NCBI GenBank assembly: GCA_017453465.1
Contig: JAFTEV010000053.1
Span: 11,237 to 75,236 of the forward strand
Reading direction: 5' to 3'
Length of the DNA: 64,000 nucleotides
DNA from: Bacteroidaceae bacterium
Lineage (GTDB): Bacteria > Bacteroidota > Bacteroidia > Bacteroidales > Bacteroidaceae
The translations under genes and the position numbers were made by a program. The notes under the pieces were generated by a model, which made no database searches, was not told where the DNA came from, and worked only from the letters and a program-made list of their open reading frames with translations. Positions 44,135-54,232 of the stretch are shown here, piece by piece. Within the stretch, counting starts at the first letter, position 1. Each line of letters opens with the position of its first letter.

Positions 44135-45658
44135 ATGATTATTATGAAAAGAATCTACGCTTTTTTGTTGGTTGCCACAATGATCTGTGCTGCCAATGCA
44201 CAAGTGAAGGGCGACTTCGACGGTGACAACAAAGTGACTATTCAAGACATCACAGAGTTAATCAACATTTACCTCGAACAGAGCGAAGGGGCAGCAGGCT
44301 ACAAAGCCATCGACTTGGGTCTGAGTGTGAAATGGGCAAACATGAATGTGGGTGCAACGGCTCCAGAGGAAGCAGGCAATTACTATGCGTGGGCTTGGCC
44401 AAACACGCTGGAACTCTATAGTGTTGTGAATTGCCCGTGGTTAGGTGACTGGGGTAGAAGTGTTAGCACTTATAACGATTTCAAGAAATACTGTACAAAT
44501 GGTGCCTATGGCGATGTGGATGACAAAACACAGATTGAACTGCAAGACGATGCCGCTTACGTCAATATAGACACAACTTGGAGAATGCCTACACTGGTAG
44601 AAGCACAGGAATTGCTGGATAACTGCACGTGGGAGTGTGTTACTCAGAACGAAATGGCTGGTTTTTTGGTGACAGGTCCTAATGGCAACAGCATCTTCCT
44701 GCCCGCTGCGGGTGTTATTACCAGCAGAATGAGTGCTACAGAAGTTAGCAATAAGGGTACACAGGGATGTTATTGGACAAGTACATTGAATAATACAGCT
44801 TCAAGTCAGGCCAATGCTTTCTATTTCTGGAGTACCAGTTGGAATACCACACATGAAATTTCTAGTATCTTTTTCCGCGATAATGGCATGACCATCCGTG
44901 GCGTACAAAGAAACGATATCACCATTGAAGAAAAGCCCGTAGAGGGCGATATTGACGGTGACGGATCAGTCACTGTGGAAGATATCGTCATGCTCATCGA
45001 CATTTACCTGAATGAAGAAACAGGTGGTAGTTCCTACCAGGCCGTTGATTTGGGTCTGAGTGTGAAGTGGGCAAACATGAATGTGGGTGCTACTGCTCCG
45101 GAAGAATATGGAGATTTCTACGCATGGGGCTATCCTGTCGTGCCTGAAGGTTACTCTCCCCCATACTGTCCGTGGCTGGGTCCTGGAGCTAAGATTGATA
45201 GCCAGCACTATAAATATGATGCTTGGCAGAAATACTGTACAAAGAGCAATATGGGCGTAGTTGATGGCAAAACCGTGGTCGAACCTCAGGACGATGCTGC
45301 CTATGTCAACATGGGTACAACCTGGAGAACGCCTTCTTTGGAAGAGGCGCAGGAACTGATAGACAACTGCACTTGGGAAAAGACAACCCTGAATGGAGTG
45401 AGCGGATTCCAAGTGACTGGTCCTAATGGAAATAGCATATTCTTGCCCACAGGCGGATGCTTCCTTTCTTTTAATAATGGCACTTGGCGCTCAGACTATC
45501 AGAAAGGAGTTGTTGGATATTATTGGCTCAACAGTATCGCAGAATCAGTTAGCAATGGCAATGTGTTATTATTTTATGAGTCATACGGCAACATCACAAA
45601 GAAAACTGGCCTAATGATGCGCGACTGCGGTCTTACTATCCGTGCCGTGAAACAATAA
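44135..45658 (+). CDS. Secreted protein with two tandem [dockerin-like segment + FISUMP/DUF1566-type domain] units
   Basis: Signal peptide (alternative start at 44144). Dockerin-like segments VKGDFDGDNKVTIQDITELINIYL and VEGDIDGDGSVTVEDIVMLIDIYL. Each is followed by DLGLSVKWANMNVGATAPEE...WRMPT/WRTPS...IFLPA/IFLPT...YW. The two halves are recognisably duplicated at the DNA level. Confidence 0.75.
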   Translation: MIIMKRIYAFLLVATMICAANAQVKGDFDGDNKVTIQDITELINIYLEQSEGAAGYKAIDLGLSVKWANMNVGATAPEEAGNYYAWAWPNTLELYSVVNCPWLGDWGRSVSTYNDFKKYCTNGAYGDVDDKTQIELQDDAAYVNIDTTWRMPTLVEAQELLDNCTWECVTQNEMAGFLVTGPNGNSIFLPAAGVITSRMSATEVSNKGTQGCYWTSTLNNTASSQANAFYFWSTSWNTTHEISSIFFRDNGMTIRGVQRNDITIEEKPVEGDIDGDGSVTVEDIVMLIDIYLNEETGGSSYQAVDLGLSVKWANMNVGATAPEEYGDFYAWGYPVVPEGYSPPYCPWLGPGAKIDSQHYKYDAWQKYCTKSNMGVVDGKTVVEPQDDAAYVNMGTTWRTPSLEEAQELIDNCTWEKTTLNGVSGFQVTGPNGNSIFLPTGGCFLSFNNGTWRSDYQKGVVGYYWLNSIAESVSNGNVLLFYESYGNITKKTGLMMRDCGLTIRAVKQ

Positions 45659-45668
45659 TCATTTCTTT

Positions 45669-47276
45669 ATGCAAAAGATTATAGAAGTAAAGGATGGCGT
45701 TGCTCGTCATCCTTTATATCGCTTTAAGCAACCCGTCAACTTTGAAGTCTGTCAGGATGAACATATTGCCATCGTCGGCCCTAATGGTGGTGGCAAGAGT
45801 ATGCTGGTGGACATCCTTACAGGTGCTCACGTTTTGCTGCCGATGAACGTGGTGAAGTATGATTTTCGTCCATCGAAAGCTAAGATGGTAAGCGACAACA
45901 TCAAGTATATGACGTTTCGTGATTCCTATGGAACTACAGACGGCACCTATTATTACCAGCAGCGATGGAATCAGAACGACATTGATGATACGCCCCTGGT
46001 CAGTCAGTTGCTCGATGAGGCTTTTGCCCTTGCCGATGCAGGATTGACGCGCAAGACAAACTTTGACAAGTTTGTGGTGCGTGACGAAACTCCCGAACAG
46101 GAAGTACAGCGGTTGGCAGCAGAAGAAGCCGACCGACAGGCCATGCACGCAGAACTGGAGAAAGTGCGCCTGCGGCTCTATGAAATGTTCCACTTGGAGG
46201 AACTGCTCGGCAAACACATCGTCATGCTCAGTTCGGGCGAATTGCGTAAGTTCCAGATGACGAAGACGTTGATGACCAATCCGCGTGTGCTCATTATGGA
46301 CAATCCGTTCATCGGCTTGGATGTGAAGGCACGTGGACAATTGCATGATTTCCTGAAAGTGTTGACAAAGGAAACCAACATTACCGTTATTCTGGTGCTT
46401 TCCAAGTCAGACGACATCCCCAACTTTATCACGCACGTTTATCAGGTGACCGATATGACGGTTCAGCCCAAGCAGACTTTGGCTGAATATCGTGCAACAG
46501 CCTCGACCATTCCACCTCGCGTTTTGTCTGAAGAAAAAGAAGCGGCAATCCTTGCATTGGATTCTCCTGACTTTCCGAAAAAAAAATCCGAAGTCATTTC
46601 CTTCAACAACGTCAATATCCGTTATGGCACGCGCACCATACTGAAAGACCTCGGCTTCTCTGTAAAGCAAGGCGAACATTGGGCGCTTTCGGGTGAAAAC
46701 GGTTCGGGAAAATCCACGCTTTTGAGTATTGTCTGTGCCGACAATCCGCAGTCATACGCCAACGACATCACGCTTTTTGGTCACAAACGTGGTACGGGCG
46801 AAAGCATTTGGGATATCAAGCGGCACATTGGTTATATTTCGCCCGAAATGCACCGAGCCTATCAGCGTGACATCCCTGCCATCGACATCGTTGCCAGTGG
46901 ACTTTCGGATATGCACGGACTCTATGCCTTGCCGAAAGTACTTCGTCCACAGAACGATAAAGAGCAGCAATTACGAAATCAATGTCTCTTCTGGATGGAC
47001 ATCTTCGGTGTGCGCCAATATGCTGACCATACGTTTCTGAAACTTAGTAGTGGAGAGCAGCGACTGGTTCTTCTTGCTCGTGCTTTTGTCAAAGACCCAT
47101 CTCTGCTGATTCTAGACGAACCCCTCCACGGTCTTGACCTCTACAACCGCCGCCTTGTCAAGGACATCATCGAAACTTTCTGCCGCCGTCCCGACAAAAC
47201 CCTCATCATGGTCACACATTACCAAGAGGAACTTCCCAACTGCATAGACCATAGTATTTACTTGCAGAAAAACTAA
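45669..47276 (+). CDS. modF: Tandem-ABC ATPase, ModF-like
   Basis: 535 aa with two ABC domains. Walker A motifs GPNGGGKS and GENGSGKS. Signature motifs LSSGELRKF and LSSGEQRLVLLARA. The second half closely follows the E. coli ModF pattern (...DITLFGHKRGTGESIWDIKRHIGYIS...). Confidence 0.7.
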   Translation: MQKIIEVKDGVARHPLYRFKQPVNFEVCQDEHIAIVGPNGGGKSMLVDILTGAHVLLPMNVVKYDFRPSKAKMVSDNIKYMTFRDSYGTTDGTYYYQQRWNQNDIDDTPLVSQLLDEAFALADAGLTRKTNFDKFVVRDETPEQEVQRLAAEEADRQAMHAELEKVRLRLYEMFHLEELLGKHIVMLSSGELRKFQMTKTLMTNPRVLIMDNPFIGLDVKARGQLHDFLKVLTKETNITVILVLSKSDDIPNFITHVYQVTDMTVQPKQTLAEYRATASTIPPRVLSEEKEAAILALDSPDFPKKKSEVISFNNVNIRYGTRTILKDLGFSVKQGEHWALSGENGSGKSTLLSIVCADNPQSYANDITLFGHKRGTGESIWDIKRHIGYISPEMHRAYQRDIPAIDIVASGLSDMHGLYALPKVLRPQNDKEQQLRNQCLFWMDIFGVRQYADHTFLKLSSGEQRLVLLARAFVKDPSLLILDEPLHGLDLYNRRLVKDIIETFCRRPDKTLIMVTHYQEELPNCIDHSIYLQKN

Positions 47277-47295
47277 AAGAAAACATCGTAATTTC

Positions 47296-47417
47296 CCCAC
47301 TCCATCAGGAAAGTTTTCCCACTTCGTAAGGAATGTCGTCACACTACAATGGGAAAACTTTCCCGATGTTTTGTGACAACAGTCCCGATGCTTTGTGACG
47401 GCTGTCCGAATGAATGG
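47296..47417. repeat. Degenerate 22-bp-phased tandem array filling the modF-like/mnmA convergent gap
   Basis: Units begin at 47296, 47318, 47340, 47362, 47384 and 47406 (CCCAC/CACAC/CCCGA/TCCGA starts). The best pair is CCCGATGTTTTGTGACAACAGT / CCCGATGCTTTGTGACGGCTGT. Confidence 0.7.
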
Positions 47418-48482
47418 TTAAAAGTCGATTTCTCCACTACCAAAACAGAGGTGGTGGTTTTCGTCATAGACTACACAGAACTGACCAGGGGCTACGCCAT
47501 GAATTTTCTGGTCAGCTTGCAAGTGCCATGAACCATCGGATTGCTGGCAGATGGAGCCTGTAAGGTATTCGGGGGTATGGCGGATTTTGAAACAGACCCT
47601 CTCGGTAGGGTAACCTCTCCACGGATTCTCCGTAATAAAATGAAAATCGCGCATGGTGATGTGGTCCTTATAGACTTTCTCGGGGTCGTAGCCGTGAGAG
47701 ACAAAGAGAATATTGCGCTTTAGGTTTTTCTTGACCACAAACCAAGGCCCTCCGCTGAATCCCAAGCCCTTGCGTTGCCCAATAGTGTAGAACCAAAGAC
47801 CGCGATGTGTGCCAATCTTGTGCCCAGTCTCTATTTCTCGTACATCGCCTGGCTGTTCGCCCAGATGGGCTTTGATGTAATCGCGGAAGTCGATGTCGCC
47901 CAGGAAACAGATGCCCTGCGAGTCTTTGCGTTCAGCATTAAGCAGGTGGGCTTCTTCTGCTATCTGGCGCACTTCGTGTTTCCACAGATGTCCGATGGGG
48001 AAAAGCAACTTGCTGACTTGCAGCGCATCAATCTGACAAAGGAAGTCTGTCTGGTCTTTCACGGGGTCGGGTGAAGTGGAAAGCCATGTCTTGCCTTGCC
48101 ATTGCGTTGTCGTAGCATAGTGTCCTGTGGCTGTATAGTCAAACTCGTGACCAATTTGCTCTTCAAATACGCCAAACTTGATGAGTTTGTTACACATCAC
48201 GTCCGGATTAGGAGTCAGTCCCAATCGAGCCTTCTCCATGGTGTAACCCACTACCTTTTCCCAATAATCCTTGTGCAAATCAATAATGTCGAAAGGAAGA
48301 CCATACTTGCGGGCCAACCAGCGACATATCTCTACATCTTCTTCGGATGTGCAGTTCCATTCGGTGTCGCGATCGGGACCAATTTTGATGTAGAAAAGGT
48401 GGGGATTGATACCTTTCTCTTTGAGCAAATGAACAGAGACAGCGGAATCAACGCCACCACTCACCAAGGCAGCTACGGTCAT
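47418..48482 (-). CDS. mnmA: tRNA 2-thiouridine(34) synthase
   Basis: The start was moved to ATG 48482 (MTVAALVSGGVDSAVS PP-loop), which avoids overlap with nadA. The remainder is MnmA-like. Confidence 0.9.
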   Translation of the reverse strand: MTVAALVSGGVDSAVSVHLLKEKGINPHLFYIKIGPDRDTEWNCTSEEDVEICRWLARKYGLPFDIIDLHKDYWEKVVGYTMEKARLGLTPNPDVMCNKLIKFGVFEEQIGHEFDYTATGHYATTTQWQGKTWLSTSPDPVKDQTDFLCQIDALQVSKLLFPIGHLWKHEVRQIAEEAHLLNAERKDSQGICFLGDIDFRDYIKAHLGEQPGDVREIETGHKIGTHRGLWFYTIGQRKGLGFSGGPWFVVKKNLKRNILFVSHGYDPEKVYKDHITMRDFHFITENPWRGYPTERVCFKIRHTPEYLTGSICQQSDGSWHLQADQKIHGVAPGQFCVVYDENHHLCFGSGEIDF

Positions 48483-48501
48483 GTTGCGGTTGTGCGTTTT
48501 T

Positions 48502-49506
48502 TTACGATTTGAGGGCTTTGGATATTTCCAGCATCTTGTTGATGGGACGGATGGCAAGTTCGCTGATGGCTGGGTCAACTTCAACGGTGGGCCATTCGTA
48601 CTTCAACGTGTTGTAGAGTTTGCTGAGGGTATTAAGTTTCATGAAGGAACACTCGTTGCAACTGCACCCCACAGTTTCTGTCGTTTCGGGTGGAGCTGGG
48701 ATGAAGGTCTTCTCAGGACAAGCCTTCTGCATTTCGTGCAGAATGCCACTTTCTGTTGCTACGATGAAGGTCGTAGCTTCGTCTTCAATGGAATACTTGA
48801 GTAGTCCTGCTGTGGAGCCAATGACATCGGCAATCTTCTGAATAGGGGCTGGGCATTCGGGATGAACCAGCACTTTGGCCTCAGGATATTCAGCCTTGAG
48901 TTGCAGAATTTTTTCGAGCGAAAATTGGCCATGTACATGACATCCACCGTTCCAAAGCAACATTTCTCGTCCTGTGACAGCATTGATGTAGCCACCCAGG
49001 TTCTTGTCGGGACCAAAGATGATTTTCTCGTCCTTAGGAAAGGAGTCGATAATCAATTTGGCGTTGGATGAGGTGACCACTACATCTGTCAGTGCTTTCA
49101 CGGCAGCAGTTGTGTTGACATAACTCACCACCTTGTGGTCGGGATGTTCATCGATGAACTTCTTCAAGTCTTCTGCTTTGCAGGAGTCGGCCAGCGAGCA
49201 GCCTGCATTTAGGTCAAGCACCAGTACTTTTTTGTCGGGACACAGTATCTTATTGGTTTCGCCCATGAAGTGCACACCGCACATCACGATAATGTCAGCA
49301 TCGGTCTTGGCTGCCCACTGTGCTAAGGCCAGCGAGTCGCCCACAAAATCGGCAATGTCCTGTACTGAGCCTTCCGTGTAATAATGTGCAAGAATGACAG
49401 CATTCTTCTCTTTGCACATACGGCGTATTTCAGCCTTTATGTCAATGTCGGCAGGGATGGGCTCACAAACGTAGCCCTTCTCCTGCCATGAAGTTTTGAT
49501 GTTCAT
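48502..49506 (-). CDS. nadA: Quinolinate synthase
   Basis: 334 aa. ...AVILAHYYTEGSVQDIADFVGDSLALAQ... plus conserved Cys residues for the 4Fe-4S cluster. Confidence 0.92.
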   Translation of the reverse strand: MNIKTSWQEKGYVCEPIPADIDIKAEIRRMCKEKNAVILAHYYTEGSVQDIADFVGDSLALAQWAAKTDADIIVMCGVHFMGETNKILCPDKKVLVLDLNAGCSLADSCKAEDLKKFIDEHPDHKVVSYVNTTAAVKALTDVVVTSSNAKLIIDSFPKDEKIIFGPDKNLGGYINAVTGREMLLWNGGCHVHGQFSLEKILQLKAEYPEAKVLVHPECPAPIQKIADVIGSTAGLLKYSIEDEATTFIVATESGILHEMQKACPEKTFIPAPPETTETVGCSCNECSFMKLNTLSKLYNTLKYEWPTVEVDPAISELAIRPINKMLEISKALKS

Positions 49507-49517
49507 TTTTGTTTCGT

Positions 49518-51059
49518 TTACTTGGCAAAGCTGACCGCACGGGTTTCGCGGATAACTGTAATCTTTACTTGACCCGGGTAGGTCATTTCGTTCTGAATCT
49601 TGGTGGCAATGTCATTGCTGAGGGTCTCTATTTCTGCATCAGAGATTTTGTCTGCACCCACGATGACACGCAGTTCGCGCCCTGCCTGAATAGCGTAGGT
49701 CTTGGTCACACCAGGATAGCTGGCTGCCAGGGTTTCAAGGTCGTTAAGACGCTTCAAGTAAGCTTCCACAATCTCACGGCGAGCACCTGGACGAGCACCC
49801 GAAATGGCATCGCAGACCTGAACAATAGGAGCCAGCAAAGAGGTCATCTCCATCTCATCGTGGTGTGCACCTATTGCATTGCAGATGTCAGGCTTCTCTT
49901 TGTATTTTTCAGCAATCTGGGCACCATAGAGTGCGTGAGGAATCTCCAGCTGCTCATCGGGCACCTTGCCAATATCGTGGAGCAGACCTGCACGACGAGC
50001 TTTCTTGGGATTAAGTCCAAGTTCTGCAGCCATGACAGCACAAAGGTTGGCTGTTTCGCGTGCATGTTGCAGAAGGTTCTGACCATAAGAAGAACGGTAT
50101 TTCATTTTGCCCACAATGCGAATCAGTTCGGGGTGTAAGCCATGGATGCCGAGGTCGATGGTGGTACGTTTACCGGTTTCGATGATTTCTTCCTCAACCT
50201 GTTTCTTGACCTTGGCTACCACTTCTTCGATGCGTGCAGGGTGAATACGGCCATCAGCGATAAGCTGGTGGAGAGCCAGACGGGCAATCTCGCGGCGTAC
50301 AGGGTCAAAGGCACTGATGACAATGGCTTCTGGTGTGTCGTCCACTACAATTTCTACTCCCGTTGCAGCTTCAAGTGCACGGATGTTGCGGCCTTCACGT
50401 CCAATGACACGCCCCTTCACTTCGTCAGAATCTATGTGGAAGACCGTTACAGAGTTCTCCACTGCTGTTTCGGTAGCTACACGCTGGATAGACTGAATGA
50501 CAATTTTCTTGGCCTCCTTGTTTGCTGTCATTTTGGCTTCGTCCACAATTTCATTGATGTATTGTTGGGCTTGTGACTTAGCTTCATCTTTCAGACTTTC
50601 AACGAGTGACTCCTTTGCTGCCTCTGCAGAAAGTCCACTGATTTCTTCCAATTTCTTGATTTCCTGGTTACGCATGTTCTCAACCTCTTCTTTGCGTTGG
50701 TTGAGTTGCTCTTGTTGTTTTTCGAGCAATGACTTCTGTTTGTCGTTCTCCGATTGTTTCCGCTGCAGCTCCTCATGGCGCTGGTTGAGAGCGAGTTCTC
50801 GTTGTTTGAGCTTGTTCTCCTGCTGTTGTAGTTTTTGGTTGCGTTGGTTGGCTTCCTTTTCAAGTTCTGCTTTTTTGTTCAGAAGTTTTTCTTTCACTTC
50901 AAGCTGCTTATTCTTCTTTAGGGTTTCAGCTTCAAGTTCAGCTTCTTTCATTTTTGCATCGTACTCTTTTGTGAGGGCATAGCGAAAGATTGCATAGCCC
51001 GTGGCTACGCCTACGATGAGGCAAGCAGCAGCAATGATTATTGCAATGATTAAATCCAT
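49518..51059 (-). CDS. rny: Ribonuclease Y
   Basis: 513 aa. N-terminal TM helix, a long KE-rich coiled coil, a KH domain ([15 protein letters not shown]) and an HD domain (LLHDIGK). Confidence 0.95.
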   Translation of the reverse strand: MDLIIAIIIAAACLIVGVATGYAIFRYALTKEYDAKMKEAELEAETLKKNKQLEVKEKLLNKKAELEKEANQRNQKLQQQENKLKQRELALNQRHEELQRKQSENDKQKSLLEKQQEQLNQRKEEVENMRNQEIKKLEEISGLSAEAAKESLVESLKDEAKSQAQQYINEIVDEAKMTANKEAKKIVIQSIQRVATETAVENSVTVFHIDSDEVKGRVIGREGRNIRALEAATGVEIVVDDTPEAIVISAFDPVRREIARLALHQLIADGRIHPARIEEVVAKVKKQVEEEIIETGKRTTIDLGIHGLHPELIRIVGKMKYRSSYGQNLLQHARETANLCAVMAAELGLNPKKARRAGLLHDIGKVPDEQLEIPHALYGAQIAEKYKEKPDICNAIGAHHDEMEMTSLLAPIVQVCDAISGARPGARREIVEAYLKRLNDLETLAASYPGVTKTYAIQAGRELRVIVGADKISDAEIETLSNDIATKIQNEMTYPGQVKITVIRETRAVSFAK

Positions 51060-51206
51060 TTTTTAATTTGTTTTTATAAAGTTAGTAAAGGACACAAAAA
51101 TCAGTTTGCACATCTCGCTTTCTCTGTGCAGAGGACAAGATTTGCAACCTGAAATTGTGCTAATTTTCTTTTTTCTCTCTCTTGTGTTGGTGTGTGAGGG
51201 GAGTGC

Positions 51207-51503
51207 CTATTTCTTGATCAGTTGGTCAATTTCCTTTTCCAAGTCTTCCATCGTTTCAAGAAAAGGCCCTGTGTCGTGACGATTGGAAATATGGGTAGCC
51301 TCCACTGCAGTGGTGAGCATGGCCATCAAGTAATAGTATGAATCATTGGGCACATTGGGATATATGGCACGGAATTGCTGTATCTTGCTTTGACACATAG
51401 ATGCCGCATCACGATAGACTTTTTCTTCTTCTGCATCAGCTACAGTAAGAGAAAGCTGCTTGCCGTCTATTGATACTTTTATGCTGAGTTTTCGGTTGTC
51501 CAT
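51207..51503 (-). CDS. zapA: Cell division protein ZapA
   Basis: 98 aa. The pattern SIKVSIDGKQLSLTVADAEEEKVYRDAA and its position just upstream of rny are typical for Bacteroidota. Confidence 0.75.
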   Translation of the reverse strand: MDNRKLSIKVSIDGKQLSLTVADAEEEKVYRDAASMCQSKIQQFRAIYPNVPNDSYYYLMAMLTTAVEATHISNRHDTGPFLETMEDLEKEIDQLIKK

Positions 51504-51522
51504 TTGTCACGAAATATGTATG

Positions 51523-51819
51523 TTATTGTGCATTAAGCAAATTGATACAGTTGTTTACCTCACGAACCAAATTGGTGATTCTTTGTTTAGCGTCCTTGAA
51601 GTCGGTGTCGCTAATCTCAATCATCTTAGCCAATTTCAAGTTGTTATATTCTTTTTTATAGTTGTTTGCCTGTTCCTGAAGGCTCTGGATTTCACTTTCT
51701 TTCTTCTCCAGCTCCTCATACAGGTCGGCATTTTCGCGTTGCAGCGCAACGTAAGAAGCGAGCAGGTTGCGTACCTTCGCGTCAAACTTTTTTAGTGTCT
51801 GTTTTTCTGCTTCTGTCAT
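51523..51819 (-). CDS. Coiled-coil protein (ZapB-like partner upstream of zapA)
   Basis: 98 aa, heptad-rich (LYEELEKKESEIQSLQEQANNYKKEYNNLKLAK). No enzymatic motifs. Confidence 0.55.
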   Translation of the reverse strand: MTEAEKQTLKKFDAKVRNLLASYVALQRENADLYEELEKKESEIQSLQEQANNYKKEYNNLKLAKMIEISDTDFKDAKQRITNLVREVNNCINLLNAQ

Positions 51820-51871
51820 TTTGCTGCTGCGTTTAGTTGTTCCTTATATATATAAATAATGTGTAGTTTCT

Positions 51872-52519
51872 TTATTTTCGCATCTTTTTGAGTGCGGCTT
51901 CTTCCTCCTCTTTTGATGGGGCTGGCTCTTTCTTGGCCAGCATGATGACGTTGTAGGTAAATTCTTTTATCCATTCGGTCGAGAAGCCCAGCTGTTGCTG
52001 GTAGCGGCGTATGGCAAATACCGTTTTTTGTACACCCGCATCGTTCCACACATTCTTGGTCATGATGTCATCCACCGTCTTTTCGATGACTTTCTTCATC
52101 ATGCCCTTCATAAAGCTCGGAATTCTGAACTTCCACTTCAGCAGATTACCAAGAAGCATCATGATGTCTTGGCTGAATCCTTGGAATGCAAAAAGATAAC
52201 TCTGAACCTGTGTCTGATTCTTGCATCCCTTCTTGATGCTTTGGTCAATTTCTTTGAAGAAATTGTCGCTGATTCCATAGAGGTTTTGCAGCATCTTCTG
52301 GCAGGCTTTCTTTTCTCCCAGTCCCAATTTGTTGTTCAGTGTGGGGACATGCAGTGTGCGTTTAAATGTAGCCAAATCGGGTAGGGCCGAAAGATTCGAT
52401 ATGCCCAGATTGGCAGCAAGCACACTTTGGAAATAGACCCTAATGAGGGTCATGAAATCCTCCATGCCACCGACATTCTCCTTGGGTTGCTTTTTAAATA
52501 GTTTATCTAAAAAACTCAT
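51872..52519 (-). CDS. Hypothetical protein
   Basis: 215-aa ORF with coding-like composition and no motifs I recognise. Confidence 0.5.
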   Translation of the reverse strand: MSFLDKLFKKQPKENVGGMEDFMTLIRVYFQSVLAANLGISNLSALPDLATFKRTLHVPTLNNKLGLGEKKACQKMLQNLYGISDNFFKEIDQSIKKGCKNQTQVQSYLFAFQGFSQDIMMLLGNLLKWKFRIPSFMKGMMKKVIEKTVDDIMTKNVWNDAGVQKTVFAIRRYQQQLGFSTEWIKEFTYNVIMLAKKEPAPSKEEEEAALKKMRK

Positions 52520-52564
52520 TGAATCAATATTGATGTTATATATTAATAGTTGTTGTTCTTTTAA

Positions 52565-53959
52565 TTAATATGCGTTTTTTTCACCTCCCAGCATATTGGT
52601 GATGGTCTTCACCATGATTTTTATGTCGAGGAAGAATGTCCAGTTCTCAATGTATTCGATGTCTTTTTTGATACGTCCTTCCATGTCCTCGATGTGCTTG
52701 GTCTCTCCACGAAAACCTGACACTTGTGCCAGTCCCGTGATACCAGGTTTTGCAAGGTGGCGCACCATGAACCGATTGATTAGGCGTGAATACTCTTCTG
52801 TGTGGCGCAGCATGTGTGGGCGTGGTCCGACCATTGACATTTCTCCAAGGAACACATTGATGAATTGAGGCAACTCGTCAATGTTTGTTCGGCGCATGAA
52901 GTCGCCAAATGGATACTTCCTGGGGTCATCCTTGGTTGCTTGCAAAGTGTCGGCATCGTTATTGACTTTCATGGACCGGAATTTGTAGCAGCGGAAAATC
53001 TTCCCATTGAGACCCGTACGTTCCTGAATGAAGAAAATAGGACCAGGTGATGTAATTTTGATGATAATGCCCACGACGATGTATATCCATGGGAAAATCA
53101 GCAAAAGGAACAGGGTGGAACACAGCAAGTCGAATCCGCGTTTGGCTATTTTGTTCAGTGGGTCCGACAGGGGCTCTTCACGTCGCGCTATGACAGGAAT
53201 GTCTTCTACAAAATGGAACGAAATCTTTCCATTGTAGATGTTTATAGCTGGCACATAATAGAATCTGATGAGATGGTTGTCGCAGAATTTGCTGATAATA
53301 TTGATAAGTCCCTGCTTCTCTTTAGGAAAATAGCCATAAATCTCATGGATGTCAGAATGCTTCGAAAGCCATTCGTAGATTTGGTCTATTTTGCCAATAT
53401 GGATGGCCTGAAGTTTCGGGTCAGCATTTTCTTCGTCGTAGAATGCGCCCATAATATCATATCCAAATGCGGGATGTGACAACGTCTTGTACAGTTTCGC
53501 AATGGTCGGGTCACTACCTATCAAAAGCACTCTCTTGGTGTTACGTTTGTTTGAGCGAGCTTTTATGAAGAACTTGCGAATAAAGATACGTTCTGCGAAA
53601 AGTAGAATCGTAAAAACAATGTACGAACCCACAAGGAATGTACGTGGGAAAGTGTGCCCCTTATAGATAAGCAGTATCAGCAACGAGACAATCAGAATCA
53701 TCAGTGTGCTTGTGACGGTCACACGGTGTAAAATACTTGTTGTCTTTACGATTCTTTCTTGAATAATAGGCGGGTAGAGTGCATAACTGCTAAGAAAACT
53801 TATAATGTAGGTGCCTACCAATGAAGGTAATCCCAATGTGTTAGGCGTATGGTTCTGGGCTATCCACTCCAGCAGATAGTACATGCCCACAATCGTTGTT
53901 GCTAACAACAAGATGTCTGCAAGCATGATGGCAAATATGAGATTTCTGTCCTTTCCCAT
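52565..53959 (-). CDS. Polyprenyl-phosphate sugar-phosphate transferase (WbaP/WcaJ-type EPS/capsule priming enzyme)
   Basis: 464 aa with N-terminal TM helices. C-terminal bacterial sugar transferase domain KRGFDLLCS...PGPIFFIQERTGLNGKIFRCYKFRSM...DELPQFINVFLGEMSMVGPRP. Confidence 0.88.
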   Translation of the reverse strand: MGKDRNLIFAIMLADILLLATTIVGMYYLLEWIAQNHTPNTLGLPSLVGTYIISFLSSYALYPPIIQERIVKTTSILHRVTVTSTLMILIVSLLILLIYKGHTFPRTFLVGSYIVFTILLFAERIFIRKFFIKARSNKRNTKRVLLIGSDPTIAKLYKTLSHPAFGYDIMGAFYDEENADPKLQAIHIGKIDQIYEWLSKHSDIHEIYGYFPKEKQGLINIISKFCDNHLIRFYYVPAINIYNGKISFHFVEDIPVIARREEPLSDPLNKIAKRGFDLLCSTLFLLLIFPWIYIVVGIIIKITSPGPIFFIQERTGLNGKIFRCYKFRSMKVNNDADTLQATKDDPRKYPFGDFMRRTNIDELPQFINVFLGEMSMVGPRPHMLRHTEEYSRLINRFMVRHLAKPGITGLAQVSGFRGETKHIEDMEGRIKKDIEYIENWTFFLDIKIMVKTITNMLGGEKNAY

Positions 53960-54066
53960 GAGAATATGTTTACACCTTTTTTCGATTACAATACTTCCGA
54001 TGGCTCGTTGCCTTTTTGGGGTGCTTTTTGTGCCTTGGTGACAAGGGTAAAAACACGAATTGTATG

Positions 54067-54074
54067 CAAAGTTA
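54067..54074 (-). promoter_or_regulatory. Bacteroidota -7 box (TAACTTTG) for the priming transferase
   Basis: Minus strand reads TAACTTTGCAT, 108 nt upstream of ATG 53959. Confidence 0.4.
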
Positions 54075-54168
54075 AGTAATATTTTAGTATTAGAGTAATA
54101 AAAGAAGAAAAAAGTGAAGTTACGCCAACGTTTTTTTTGTTTTTCTTTGCCATGTGTGAAAAAATACC

Positions 54169-54176
54169 TAATTTTG
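54169..54176 (+). promoter_or_regulatory. Bacteroidota -7 box (TAATTTTG) for the Wzc-type gene
   Basis: TAatTTTGCACC, 57 nt upstream of ATG 54233. Confidence 0.45.
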
Positions 54177-54232
54177 CACCCGATTTTTTCTAATTTATAT
54201 ACTATAAAGCTTTATAAAAAATTATTCTGTGT

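Noticed and set aside
51060-51206. 6S RNA (ssrS) downstream of zapA, as in E. coli
   Set aside because: The gap between the zapA stop and the rny start is only 147 nt, shorter than a typical 6S RNA. I saw no long irregular closing helix with a central bubble.
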